Shown: positions 38,985-50,330 of the stretch, in pieces
Position numbering within the stretch: the first letter of the stretch is position 1
How the letters are laid out: the number at the start of each line of letters is the position of its first letter
Assembly (NCBI GenBank): GCA_030704615.1
Contig: CM060734.1
Location: 27,714,001 to 27,778,000, forward strand
Reading direction: 5' to 3'
DNA: 64,000 nucleotides
DNA from: Takakia lepidozioides
Lineage: Eukaryota; Plantae; Bryophyta
Made by a program: the position numbers and the translations under genes
The notes under the pieces: generated by a model
The model's input: the letters and a program-made list of their open reading frames with translations, nothing else
Told to the model about the DNA's origin: nothing
Databases searched by the model: none

Positions 38985-41900
38985 ATGGAGCCTCAAGTGG
39001 AGGAAGAGGGGGAGTTTGTGCTGCCCACGCAAACACGCATATTGCGCGGCGGACGGTGGTCTCCCAATAGAGCAACGAGGGTGCTAGACCTCCCAGAAAA
39101 TTAGTGAAACTTCGTAAGAAATCAACGACTTCACAGGAAGGCGGTTTGGTGTCTACAGCGGCCACACCATCGATGGATCGTCCTCCCCTCTCCCCCATTT
39201 TTCAAAGCGGTGCATCGCCAGGTCCAGCAACGAGCGCACAGGGAGGCGGACCTGTTCAAAATGCTGCAAGTGTGCAAGACATTGTGCTGGCGGACGTTGT
39301 TTTGACTGGCAACATGCGGAAGCAAGCCCTACTCTCACTCACTACAAATGCCATGAATCACACAATGAGTTCTATTTCGCACTTGATGCGGAATGGTGCT
39401 CCGCCAAGGATACCATTATGCAGGATGCAGCCCCTCCCGGCTGTGCGCATGGCTGAGCGCCCAGGCATCAACAAGCTCAAGTTGTTTTTTGAGGCGGACA
39501 GGTACAATGATGCACTTGCATCACTACTACTTTCCATCAATGACGACAGTGGACAGAGCCAATAAATCCAACGAGGAGATCGGGATGCATGGTCTGAACA
39601 TTGGCAGGCAGCGGATGCTGTATTTGAGGAAGACATAAAGAACACGGAGTGGGAGTTTCTCTCCAACAAATGGCTGCACATCTACGACAGGAATCACAGG
39701 TGGTATGCTTGGATGGAGGTCATACGCGAGCAGCATGCAGACGACGCGAGCTGGCACTACCGGGTGAACTCCAAGATTATGGATGTGAAGAGTTCCGATC
39801 TGGGCCTCATACGGCGTGCAATGAATCGTATGAATGTGTGAGTTTTTATCTCCTCTTCTGCTCACATGAGCATAGGTATAGGGTTTAGCAATTTGGGGAT
39901 GTCGTTTGCATGGGGTTGCAGGTCTTGCATAAGCAGTCCCACTGGGTGCTCCGTGGACCAATTCATTAATTAGACGTGTAGTGTGAGATGGAGTCGGAAG
40001 TATTGCCTGGTGGGAGAAAGTTCAAAGAAGATGCCCAAAATGCCTCCGTTGACAACTGCCTTGCTAAAAGTATGGTCTGCGCCGACTATACCATGGAGCC
40101 CACCCTAAACCCTAAAATCCCTGCTAAGTTTTGTAGGTAGTACTTTCTTTCACGAATTTCAATAAGGTCCATGGTCACATGAAGGTCTTGTTCCATGCGT
40201 TTTGCAGCGTGACAGATCGTGGAAATGTGACCAACGAGCTTCCGCACAAGCTATTCTACTTCCAGAAGTGCGCAACTACACCTGTTGAGCAGTACCAATC
40301 AGCTCTTCCAGCGGACATCTACAAGAAGTGCTTGAGTAAGCGGGATGGGAACTGGATGACAATGCCGCGGGACGCCCTAATAGAGTATATGGGTTAGGAG
40401 GGATTCCGTAGAATTAGAAACGTCTGCTTGGATTCCCATGCCCACCTGCTTGCCACCGCTAAGAACACCGACCTCATCCGGAAGAAACTGGCAAGCGATT
40501 TCCAGGTGCACAGGACGAAGTGGTATACCAAAATCGCAAAATATTCTTCCACCTGCGATCCTGCACTCGGAACTAGCTTTCTTTTTTAGATAACCACGCA
40601 TTACAAGTCTCTTGCCGTCAATCAAAAGCCGGAAATGACTCTGGATAAGTTGCAGATGCTTGCCACGAGCAAGGTCAGTCCGAAGGAGAAGATTTTATGG
40701 TTGAAGCTGTGGAATTCCGACTCCACAACCCGCAAAAATGGAAAATTCCCCCATGCTCCCACAGATGTGGTGTTTGGCTTGTGGTACGACAAAATGACAT
40801 GGTGGTTCCAGGTAAGATGTTGGCAATAATGGTGGTGGCTTCATGTTACAGTTATTGTTGCAATTTCTCATCTCTAACAATTGTCATGGTGGACTCGCAG
40901 CAAAAGGAGGAAGCAGAGCGGTAGTTGGCCATGCTGGTTCAGAAAGGGTTTCTGCAGCTACCAAGCCAGGAAGAGGCTCCCACTCTGAAGACCCTCTCTG
41001 TCTGGGTGGACGATTTCCGCCTCAAGTTCTGGAAGGAGCTATTCTGGTGCGAGGTGAAGGATGGGCCCGCAGTTGGCCAATTACACAGCAGTCTGGTGGA
41101 ACTTTACCAGCTAGCATGCTCTTGTACAGGTACATAATTGTCATTGCAATTCACCCACCCTTTGCATATGCCATACAGCAAATGGGGTGTGGGAAGTAGC
41201 GGTCGAAAAAGAATCTGTAGGCTCGTTGTAGTCGGCAAACATTCCGGTAGTCGGCAGTAGTGTTGTTGCTCGTGGTCAGCGCCGACTACTGGGCTCAAAC
41301 ATTGTACTCATAGTCGGCAACGACTAAAGGAACGCGCCATTGGGTATAGGGTAGCCATTGGGTATAGGGTATAGGGTATTGGGTATAGGGTAGCCATTGG
41401 GTATAGTCGGCAACGACTATAGTAAGCCGGCCCTGTCGTAGCCAAAGTTGGCCTGGTCATAGTCGCCACCGACTATGACACAGGTTTTGCCCTTTAGGGG
41501 TTTATAGTCGCTGCCGACTATTGCAAGTGGACCGTGACTACTGCCCGCAAATTAAAAACTAACTCAATTCCATAGTCGGCAACGACTATGTGGTGGGTCT
41601 TTTGAAACCATGCCGTATAATGTACACACACATTCCGGTATTGCCCAGCTCGGTGGCTGGCTAACCCATAGTTCGGAGTCGTAGTCGCCACCGACTATGA
41701 CACTGCCTTCGAACTATTTGGTGTCATAGTCACTGCCGACTACTACATCTGGTAAGAGACAAAAAGGTTCGGTTTTCATACCCTACACTTCTCATTACAA
41801 TCAGGCCAATGTCTGTCCTGACATCGACGTTTGGTGCACTGCAACAGGTACATAAACTTTTATTTGCTCGCCAACAAACATATCAGGTGTATTCCCGCCA

Positions 41901-44565
41901 GTGTCACACAGTGGGCCAGCCTCCGATCAGACTGCACAATGTACAACGGCAAGCAGTTGGGCGAGTACGTGAAAGTCACGCATATGCCCTGCTACTAGTG
42001 GCTGGATTTGCCACCCGATATCATTCTTGACGTTGAACTGGAAGCGTATAAGAAGTACACCAAGAACGAACTGGCTGCACCAACTCACTTGGAGCCATTG
42101 ACGGAAGAGGGTGCCGAGGAGGTTGCAGTTGTCGCTGCCGCACACCTGCAACAAGCGAATACAGCCCTAGAAGAAGCGGTGGCCAAGAAGAAACCAAGGA
42201 AATGGAAACAGAAACCGAAGAAGACAGCCACCACAGGGCAGGCAACCCCCCCAGCACAAGACCTGCAGGCAATCGAGGTGTGGAGGGTGTGGATGAGACA
42301 GATGGTGCTCAGAGGGTAGACAACCAACTGGTGTTTACAAATGCCCTACACAACTTCCAGATTGAGCGAAGGAATCGATCTTCTCGAAACCCTGCTTGGG
42401 CAAACATAAGTGACGGTAGGGGCATGCAGCTCTCAACCGTGCTGCTTTACGAGGCTATCTCTTTGTGAGAAGGAGTACCAAACACAGACGTAGCATGCCT
42501 CAAGTGCGATTGGTTCCAGCTTGTCATCCGCAGACTTGCATCCAAAGGAACAACGAGTAAGTGGCCAGAGCCTAGGGGAGATATCGACGCGTTTCTGGAG
42601 AGGCACCGCTCCCCCGAGCCTTTGCATAGGGGTGGCACAGTCCCTAAAGCGGGGGCAGACCTTGTAATGGTGGATCTCCTAGACGGGCAGTCTACGAGAG
42701 GATGTGGCATAGATGACATTGTGCCCGCTTGGAATGCAAAGTCAAAGGATACCGTCCCGCATGCACTGGCACTGGCAGCATCCCTGCTCAAAGACGACGG
42801 CTGCCTTGTTATTTTCTGCAAGGGTGATGCTAAGACAGAGGTGGAAATTCGGAGATGTGTGGGCCCAGCAGGGCCCTTCAAAGTTATCAAGAGAAAGTGG
42901 ACTTGCCTCAATTGGCTACCACTTCAATCTGGAGAGCCAGGGCAGCCACAGATAAGTTCTAACTGCCTAAACTGCTTATATTGTTTGCTGAGCACTTTCA
43001 AATTTTCATCGCATGTACCACTTCTTCATCGACATTCTTTTAAAAATGTATTTAATAGTCGTCAAATATCCATTGTGTTAGTTATGGGTTGTCTACAGAT
43101 ATATAGTCGGTGCAGACTATGTCTCGGGTCGCATACTGTCTTTGCATAGTCGGCACCGACTATTTCTCAGTGCACCCACGTTAATATTTATAGTCGGCAC
43201 CGACTATTAGAATGGTGTGTCTTGTTACTTAGTCATTGAAGTGCCGGATCGTCGGATTTGGTCGGTACCGATTTGGTCGGATTTGTTCGGATCATGGTCG
43301 GTGCCGACTATCAACCAAAATTGTGTGGTTTCGACGTTATAGGTCTGTAACGACTACCACAACTAATTTTAGAATTGTGCAGCTACAAAGTCCATTAGGT
43401 TTCTTGAAATATAACCTTTACCAAATGTTATACGTCTTCTCTTACATAATACCGATCTGACGGGGTTCCTCCTCCTATGCATTTTGCCTACTGAGGGGCA
43501 TGGACGCCAATTTCAACTTGCGGGAGATAGCTGCAAAGCTTGACACCGACCACAACAGCCTCACTGAGGATGTGGTGAGGAACATGGTCAGGGAGGATAA
43601 ACTCCACAAACGACAAGATAACACCTTCTTCCGCGGGGCACGTGAGAAAAGCCCCAGGTTCATGCAAACCTTCATGGAGATGTGTTCACCAGAAGGGGGA
43701 ACAGTAGTCGATCTGACAGCGGGATGCGGGTCCTCCATGGTGGCTGCAACAATTTGCGGAAGGCATCTGCTCGCCTTGGAAGGGGACAACAAGCTACTAC
43801 GAGAGAGGCTAGGGGGATTGCAGCGGCAGGCACCTGCGGCCACCGTTGTCGCTAACACAGCTGCCGACACTGACTGGTTGATCGACGAAAGGGATGACAT
43901 TCAGATTCACGTACAATCGTTGGAGTGAGTAAGTCCAACTTCTATGTAAGTGTCTTCATTGTTAGCATGTTTTGAATGTTCCCATTTCCTCAAATTATCA
44001 TTCATGCAAAATTTGATCTAATATGTTATGTCGTAATTGCAGTTACGAGCCGCCCTTGCAGATTGCAAAGCGTCCCGCTGAGGCCATCATGGGGATTCCA
44101 AGGTCTTCCACGGATACTGGGAGGGAGGACGCTGGTAGGGAGAAGAGGTTGAAAGTGCTTGAACATGTTGCAGCTCTAACTACTCCGGAGAAAGGGTATG
44201 ATCTGCCTCCTTATGCGGCAGCAGAAGCGCAGGCTCAGGCTGAGCAACCGTGGACATGAATGTCTCAGCAGGCACAATGGCCAGCACAGGTGAGGGCTGC
44301 TGCTCAATTTTCTACGGTACAGAACTATTTTGATAATTCTGCAGAAGAGGGATCAGAAAGCGAGGATCCAACAACCGAGGAAGGCTCCGACAAAGAGTGT
44401 GTTGACGAGGTCGTTGGTGAGGAGAGGACTCCTAGCCCAAAGATCAGTTTAAGACTTGGCCTCGACTTGCTACCGGGTCCCTCCCCCGCAACAGTAGTTT
44501 CTGGGGTGTTGCAGGACATAACATCGGAGTATGGTGAGGACCCTGGTAGTCCGAATGTTACGTAG
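38985..44565 (+). pseudogene. ParB/Srx-like domain fused to a beta-class N6-A/N4-C DNA methyltransferase-like domain (copy 1); multi-exon, with stops and frameshifts
   Basis: ParB-like IPLCRMQPLPAVR..INKLKLFF..W..HW..WLHIYDRNHRWYAW (DGNHR equivalent, 39410-39712). MTase motif IV region ADLVMVDLLDG..VPAWN..ASLLKDDGCLVIF (42652-42815); motifs X-I-II REKSPRFMQTFMEMCSPEGGTVVDLTAGCGSSMVAATICGRHLLALEGD (43640-43787). GT-AG introns at ~39839-40208, 40393-40589, 40812-40900, 41130-41847, ~42952-43460 (donor mutated) and 43925-44042. Confidence 0.8.
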
Positions 44566-45486
44566 TTGCATTTGCTTTTCTTTGAATGTAAACACAAAGG
44601 GGTTTCTCTGATGCGCTGAATCATTTGGAAAATATCGTACAGTGATATGGGTGTAATTGAATGTTGCGCAAAATTTTACTCCAATGTGGATGTTCAGTCT
44701 TCTTAACTGCATGATCTTCGCATCCTCGCCATCCTCCAACCCTTCACATTCCTCTGGTTTGGAATTGCTGGAGTGCTGAGCCTAGTCTGCTGAAGTTATA
44801 AATTGTCGGTCACAAATATCCAAATGAAACAGGTTACTACTCTGCTGATTGATGTGAAGACCCTTGCCATGACATGCCAGCCGCAATGCCCAAATATTAA
44901 ACTTATGCCTATGTGCACACTTCTTCCCTCACAGACAGTTACGCTTCAACAGTGTCCATTTCAAGAACAAGTAGCTTTCAACTATGTAGTTATAGACACA
45001 ACAGGTCCAGCTTGGGTCCAGCTTTCACTGGGGATGATATAGTCGGTGGCGACCATAACACCTAACATCGCCGTACGGACTTGCCAATTTTGAGGGTGGT
45101 GCTATAGTCGGTGGCGACTACAACAACTCACCTACAGCCCACGGTGATATGCGTTCCACCTTCTATTTCCGTGGAGTGTTACCACTATGCATTAAGTCGG
45201 CAGTTTTGGTTCCCGACCTCCACCTTCGAGTAGGTTCGGTGTAGGTTCGGGCGAGGGTCGGGAAACTCTGCTCATGCTCATGCGCTCACCGCTCATGCTC
45301 CTGGATTTACAACCCCCTAATCAAACAAGGGACATATTCTCTTTAAACCTTGGTATGATATATAGATGATTGTACCACATTGCCATGAGTAGACAATTAA
45401 CTACTATGGGTGTGGATATCAGTCTGCATATATCCAGAAGAGTACTCATGCATGTGCATACAAGTAAATGAAGAGAGCATACCCAA

Positions 45487-46600
45487 TCAGACATCCTTCC
45501 AAGATCCGAAAATCTCGTTTGCGGATCGGGGAGAAACCCTCCGAGCCCCTCCGGGTCCTGTATGATTCTTGACTGGCAATGTTGATGGTGGAAGTAGAAT
45601 TAGACCCTGATCCGCCAGGTGTAGAACGGTTGGGTGGTCTGGTATTTTTGGATGTGTTGGCAGAAGATTGCATCCGGCCAGAGTGTCCACCCCTTTGGTA
45701 GAGGCCTCTTCCTCGTACCGGGGTGCCTCTTCCCCGCGAAGCATATGTTTTACCTTGTTGGTGAGGTGTTTGCCCTCCATACGTTGCCGCTTGTAGTTAC
45801 TAAACTGAGGCTTGGGCTGGCTGTCCAAGAAAGTACTAGGTTTTAGCATCCTTTCAATGTATCTGGCTGTCTTGGAATCACCCAATCTGACGAGTAACTT
45901 AGCATTGGGGTCAGCTGCAAATTCACAGGCTGCCTCCATGATGAATTCCCGTATCATCTGGAAAGTGATTTGTGCCAGAATAGCGGATCTGGCGGCCTTC
46001 ATGATCCATACCAGAAAATTGTAATACTTGGTTTGAATAGAAGGGTATGTATCATCAGGGAAGAAAACCGTCAGGTTATTCAACATGTACCATACCAAAT
46101 GGTCAAACCAAGAAACACTTCCAACACAACCAAATGATGCATTTCCAGACCCACAATTACATCGAATGTAAGGCCTATGCCAGTTAAACAGCTGACTTTT
46201 GTGATTCTTAGATCTGGCTGAACCAGTAGGTAAGTCATTCTTGGTTCGTAAGGTCAAATTCTCACCTTGGTCACAAAGTTTATAGTAAAAGGTCCATAGA
46301 AGCCATGCAAGGGCAATTGGCTCTTTTTTGAACCTCTGGAAGCTGTCTTTGGCATCCTGTGCACATCGGTTTCGTTCAGTTGGTGTTATTTTGCCCCATT
46401 TGACCCACATATCAACCGAAATAGGGGCCAGCAGATTGATGTTGGCCAATGGCTGCTGCCATTTTTGCATGCAGCACCTTTTCATCATCATTGACTTGGA
46501 TTATTTCAAACCCCTCCAGCGCTTTCAGGGTAAGTGCCCTTGTCAGCTCCTTTTCTGCAGCTATTTCTAGATGTACTCTGTTGTCTTGTCTTTGACTCAT
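45487..46600 (-). CDS. Uncharacterised ORF (~334 aa plus a frameshifted 5' part), adjacent to the satellite
   Basis: A 1-kb open frame with globular composition (W/C/H-rich core WHRPYIRCNC..CVGSVSWFDHLVW); overlapping upstream frame at 46412-46600; no family recognised. Confidence 0.5.
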
Positions 46601-48895
46601 ATTGAAAGCAATCCAAAATCATTTGAACATCGAACGATGGGTTCACCCTTTGAATCAATTTTGATTGACCTGATACTTGAGAGGAGCCTGTGACAAGGTA
46701 TGTCCAACACAGTTGCAAAGATTGAAAGCAATCACAAATTCATTTCACCAAGGAACGATGAGTTCACCCTCTGAACCAGTTTTGATTGACCTGATACTCA
46801 ACAGGTACCTCTGACAAGGTATGTCCAACACACTCGCAAAGATTGAAAGCAATGAAAAATCATTTCACCAAGGAACGATGAGTCCACCCTCTGAACCAAT
46901 TTTGGTTGACCTAATACTTGAGAGGAGCCTGTGACAAGGTATGTCCAACACACTCGCAATGTTTAAAAGCAATCAAAAATCATTTGAACAGCGAACAATG
47001 GGTTCACCCTTTGAATCAATTTTGATTGATTGGATATTTGAGAGGAGCCTGTGACAAGGTATGTCCAACACATTCGCAAAGATTGAAAACAATCAAAAAA
47101 TCATTTGAACAGCGAACGATGGGTTCACCCTTTCAATCAATTTTGATTGACCTGATACTCGACAGGTCCCTCTGATAAGGTATGTCCAACACACTCGCAA
47201 TGTTTGAAAGTAATCAAAAATCATTTGGACAGCGAACGATGGGTTCACCCTTTGAATCAATTTTGATTGATTGGATATTTGAGAGGAGCCTGTGATAAGG
47301 TATGTCCAACACACTCGCAAAGATTGGAAACAATCAAAAAATCATTTGAACAGCGAACGATGGGTTCACCCTTTCAATCAATTTTGATTGACCTGATACT
47401 CGACAGGTCCCTCTGATAAGGTATGTCCAACACACTCGCAATGTTTGAAAGTAATCAAAAATCATTTGGACAACGAACGATGGGTTCACCCTTTGAATCA
47501 ATTTTGATTGACTTGATACTTGAGAGGAGCCGATGATAAGGTATGTCCAACACACTCGCAAAGGTTGAAAGCATCCAAAAATCATTTGAAGAACAAACTA
47601 TGGGTTCACCCTTTCAACCAATTTTGATTGACCTGATACTTGATAGGTCCCTCTGATAAGGTATGTCGAACACACTCTCTTACGAGTGGATGTGGGTTCA
47701 AACCACCCTGTTGGTTGTTACAAAGGTGTCCACCTTCCTACCGGAAGGCAGTAGCCCTTCTAGGTCAAGTGACACCATAAGTTACGCTTGCGTCGGCAAC
47801 GCGTCCACCTTTTTTTTTTTCTTTTTTCTTTTTTTTCGAACACACTCGCAATGTTTAAAAGCAATAAAAAAATCATTTGAACAACGAATGATGGGTTCAC
47901 CCTTTGAATCAATTTCGATTGACCTGATACTCAACACGTACCTCTGACAAGGTATGTCCAACACACTCGCAATGTTTAAAAGCAATAAAAAATCATTTGA
48001 ATAGCGAACGATGGTTCACCTTTTCAATCAATTTTGATTGACTTGATACTTGAGAGGAGCTTGTGACAAGGTATGTCCAACACACTCGCAAAGATTGAAA
48101 TCAATCAAAAATCATTTGAACAGCGAACGATGGGTTTACCCTTTCACTCAATTTTGATTGATCTAATACTCGACACATACCTCTGACAAGGTATGTCCAA
48201 CACACTCGCAAAGATTGAAAGCAATGAAAAATCATTTCACCAGGGAACGATGAGTTCACCCTCTGAACCAATTTTGGTTGACCTGATACTTGAGAGGAGC
48301 CTGTGACAAGGTATGTCCAACACACTCGCAATGTTTAAAAGCAATCAAAAATCATTTGAACAGCGAACGATGGGTTCACCCTTTGAATCAATTTTGATTG
48401 ACTTGATATTTGAGAGGAGCCTATGACAAGGTATGTCCAACACACTCTCAAAGATTGAAAGCAATCAAAAAAATCATTTGCACAGCGAATGATGGGTTCA
48501 TCCTTTCAATCAATTTTGATTGACCTGATACTTGATAGGTTCCTCTGACAAGGTATGTCCAACACACTCGCAATGTTTGAAAGCAATCAAAAATCATTTG
48601 AATAGTGAACAATGGTTCACCCTTTGAATCAATTTTGATTGACTTGATACTTGAGAGGAGCCTGTGACAAAGTATGTCCAACACACTCGCAAAGATTGAA
48701 AGCAATCAAAAATCATTTGAACAGCGAACGATGGGTTCACCCTTTCAATCAATTTTGATTGATCTGATACTCGATAGGTCCCTTTGACAAGGTATGTCCA
48801 ACACACTCGCAATGTTTGAAAGCAATCAAAAATCAGCGAACGATGGGTTCACCCTTTGAATCAATTTTGATTGACTTGATATTTGAGAGGAGCCT
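46590..48895. repeat. Satellite-like tandem array, ~18 monomers of ~120 bp, with A/B variant alternation
   Basis: The anchor ggtatgtccaacacactcgca recurs every ~120 bp from 46697 to 48791. Confidence 0.95.
47678..47835 (+). mobile_element. 5'-truncated copy of the same SINE with poly(T) tail, inserted in the satellite
   Basis: Matches the reverse complement of 17519-17650; T-rich tail at 47810-47835; 12-bp TSD TCGAACACACTC (47666-47677, 47836-47847). Confidence 0.92.
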
Positions 48896-49150
48896 GTGAT
48901 AACGGCTATGCTACGAGGGACAGACAACGAGGGTCACAACGGGACATACCGGGTAGTGATGGACGTACACTACCTGAGCCACAGGCAGAGACGGCTAAGT
49001 ACGCGGTACTTAGTCAATGGCGGGACAAGGGTACATTACCACGAGAGCAGTATTGGGTAGTGTAGTAACCGTGAGCCGTGAACCACGATATCACACGGCC
49101 ACGTTAGCATCAAGTATATATATGTAGCAACCTCCTACATTCTCCCTTAT
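48896..49150 (-). mobile_element. Short LTR-like sequence (TGTAGG...ATCACA on minus) preceded by PPT-like AAGGGAGAA
   Basis: TG..CA ends at 49139/48896; purine tract at 49140-49148 on minus; abruptly truncates the satellite. Confidence 0.45.
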
Positions 49151-49524
49151 TTAAGGAATCTTTTCTAATTCTCATACCTTTTGTGGTTCCACATGCAGAT
49201 TTAGACAACGACAACAAATCAGGAGGTGAGAAACTTGGGCATTTGTTATGGATTTTTTTGTTTCACTGCTCCTAGCTGACAACTGTAGATCAGAGTTCAA
49301 CCCTGCTTGTATGCGATAGGGCTTCTCAATTTGATCTACAATTACCAGTTGGGAGTAGTGAAACAAAAAAATCCATAACATATGCCCAAGTTTCTCACCT
49401 CTTGATTTGTTGTCATTGTCTAATCTGCATGTGGAACCACCAAAGGTATGAGAATTAGAAAAGATCCCTTAAATGAGAGAGAATGTGGGAGGTTGTAAAT
49501 ATGGTGCGAGCTACATATGTACTT
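49111..49524. repeat. Long fold-back (arms ~175-190 bp, loop ~15-20 nt at ~49305-49318)
   Basis: 49128-49300 is the near-perfect reverse complement of 49320-49495 (e.g. ttttctaattctcataccttt / aaaggtatgagaattagaaaa). Confidence 0.9.
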
Positions 49525-50330
49525 TGTACACTAAGATAAGAAGAAGAGCTGTGAAACACCAAAAAAATGGTATTTCCATAATGTACACAATGTCCCGTTC
49601 TTTGATAGCCTTCCAGCAAAATAATAGAGAATTGTCTCATGTCCACTGTCATACCAGTGTTTCATTAGGCCAACGAAGTTGGGTACTTCCATCTGTATAG
49701 TGAGTAAAATATGCCGACCTTTTGAATAGGCTGAAATTCCAGCAAAGTTGGATACCATAGTCTATGTAGTTAGTAGAATAAGCTACCTTATGAATGCTCA
49801 ATGATAACGAAGCAAAGAAGTTGCATTTGTGGAGAGAAGTAACCCACCAAACTGGCATGAAGCTCAAGAAAACCTAAAATCAACTAGTGATGGCAATGGA
49901 TGGCTTATCAGACTTTGTCTTCAGCCTGACTGTCTCTCATAAGGTTATCAGCACTCTAAAGCAATTTCAGCCGCTGCAATCTACATATTGATTGTTTAGT
50001 GGCAGAAGGGAACAGCTCAAAGGACCCACCACAAGCTCGTCATCAATGTGAAAAAAATAATTGTTGCCGCTGCCGCTGCTTCCAGTTGACCATCTACCCA
50101 CGCAAGTTTTTTGTAGCTATCGATTCATAGGGAATCATATCATAGGTAATCTTGTGCTTTGGCCTTCTCGGATGAATCTACACCCACAACAATGCCACAC
50201 TAACACATACATGTTGCCAAGACATTGTTGTGTCGTTGCCGCTCCTTCCATCTACCCGCAGGTTCCTTGTAGTCATTGATTCACATGGAATGCAATAGAC
50301 TATGCGCGCTCTACGTCTGCACCTAAATTC

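Larger units (their letters stand above)
35224..45121. repeat. Dispersed 16-bp palindrome TAGTCGG-nn-CCGACTA, about 30 degenerate copies in non-coding parts of the element
   Basis: Examples at 37024, 37633, 37718, 38056, 41311, 41404, 41460, 41505, 41573, 41682, 43147, 43191, 45040 and 45105. Not seen in the recognisable exons. Confidence 0.9.

Noticed and set aside
46506-48812. Repeated short ORFs (RVCWTYL...) on the minus strand
   Set aside because: Translations of satellite monomers with frequent frame breaks.
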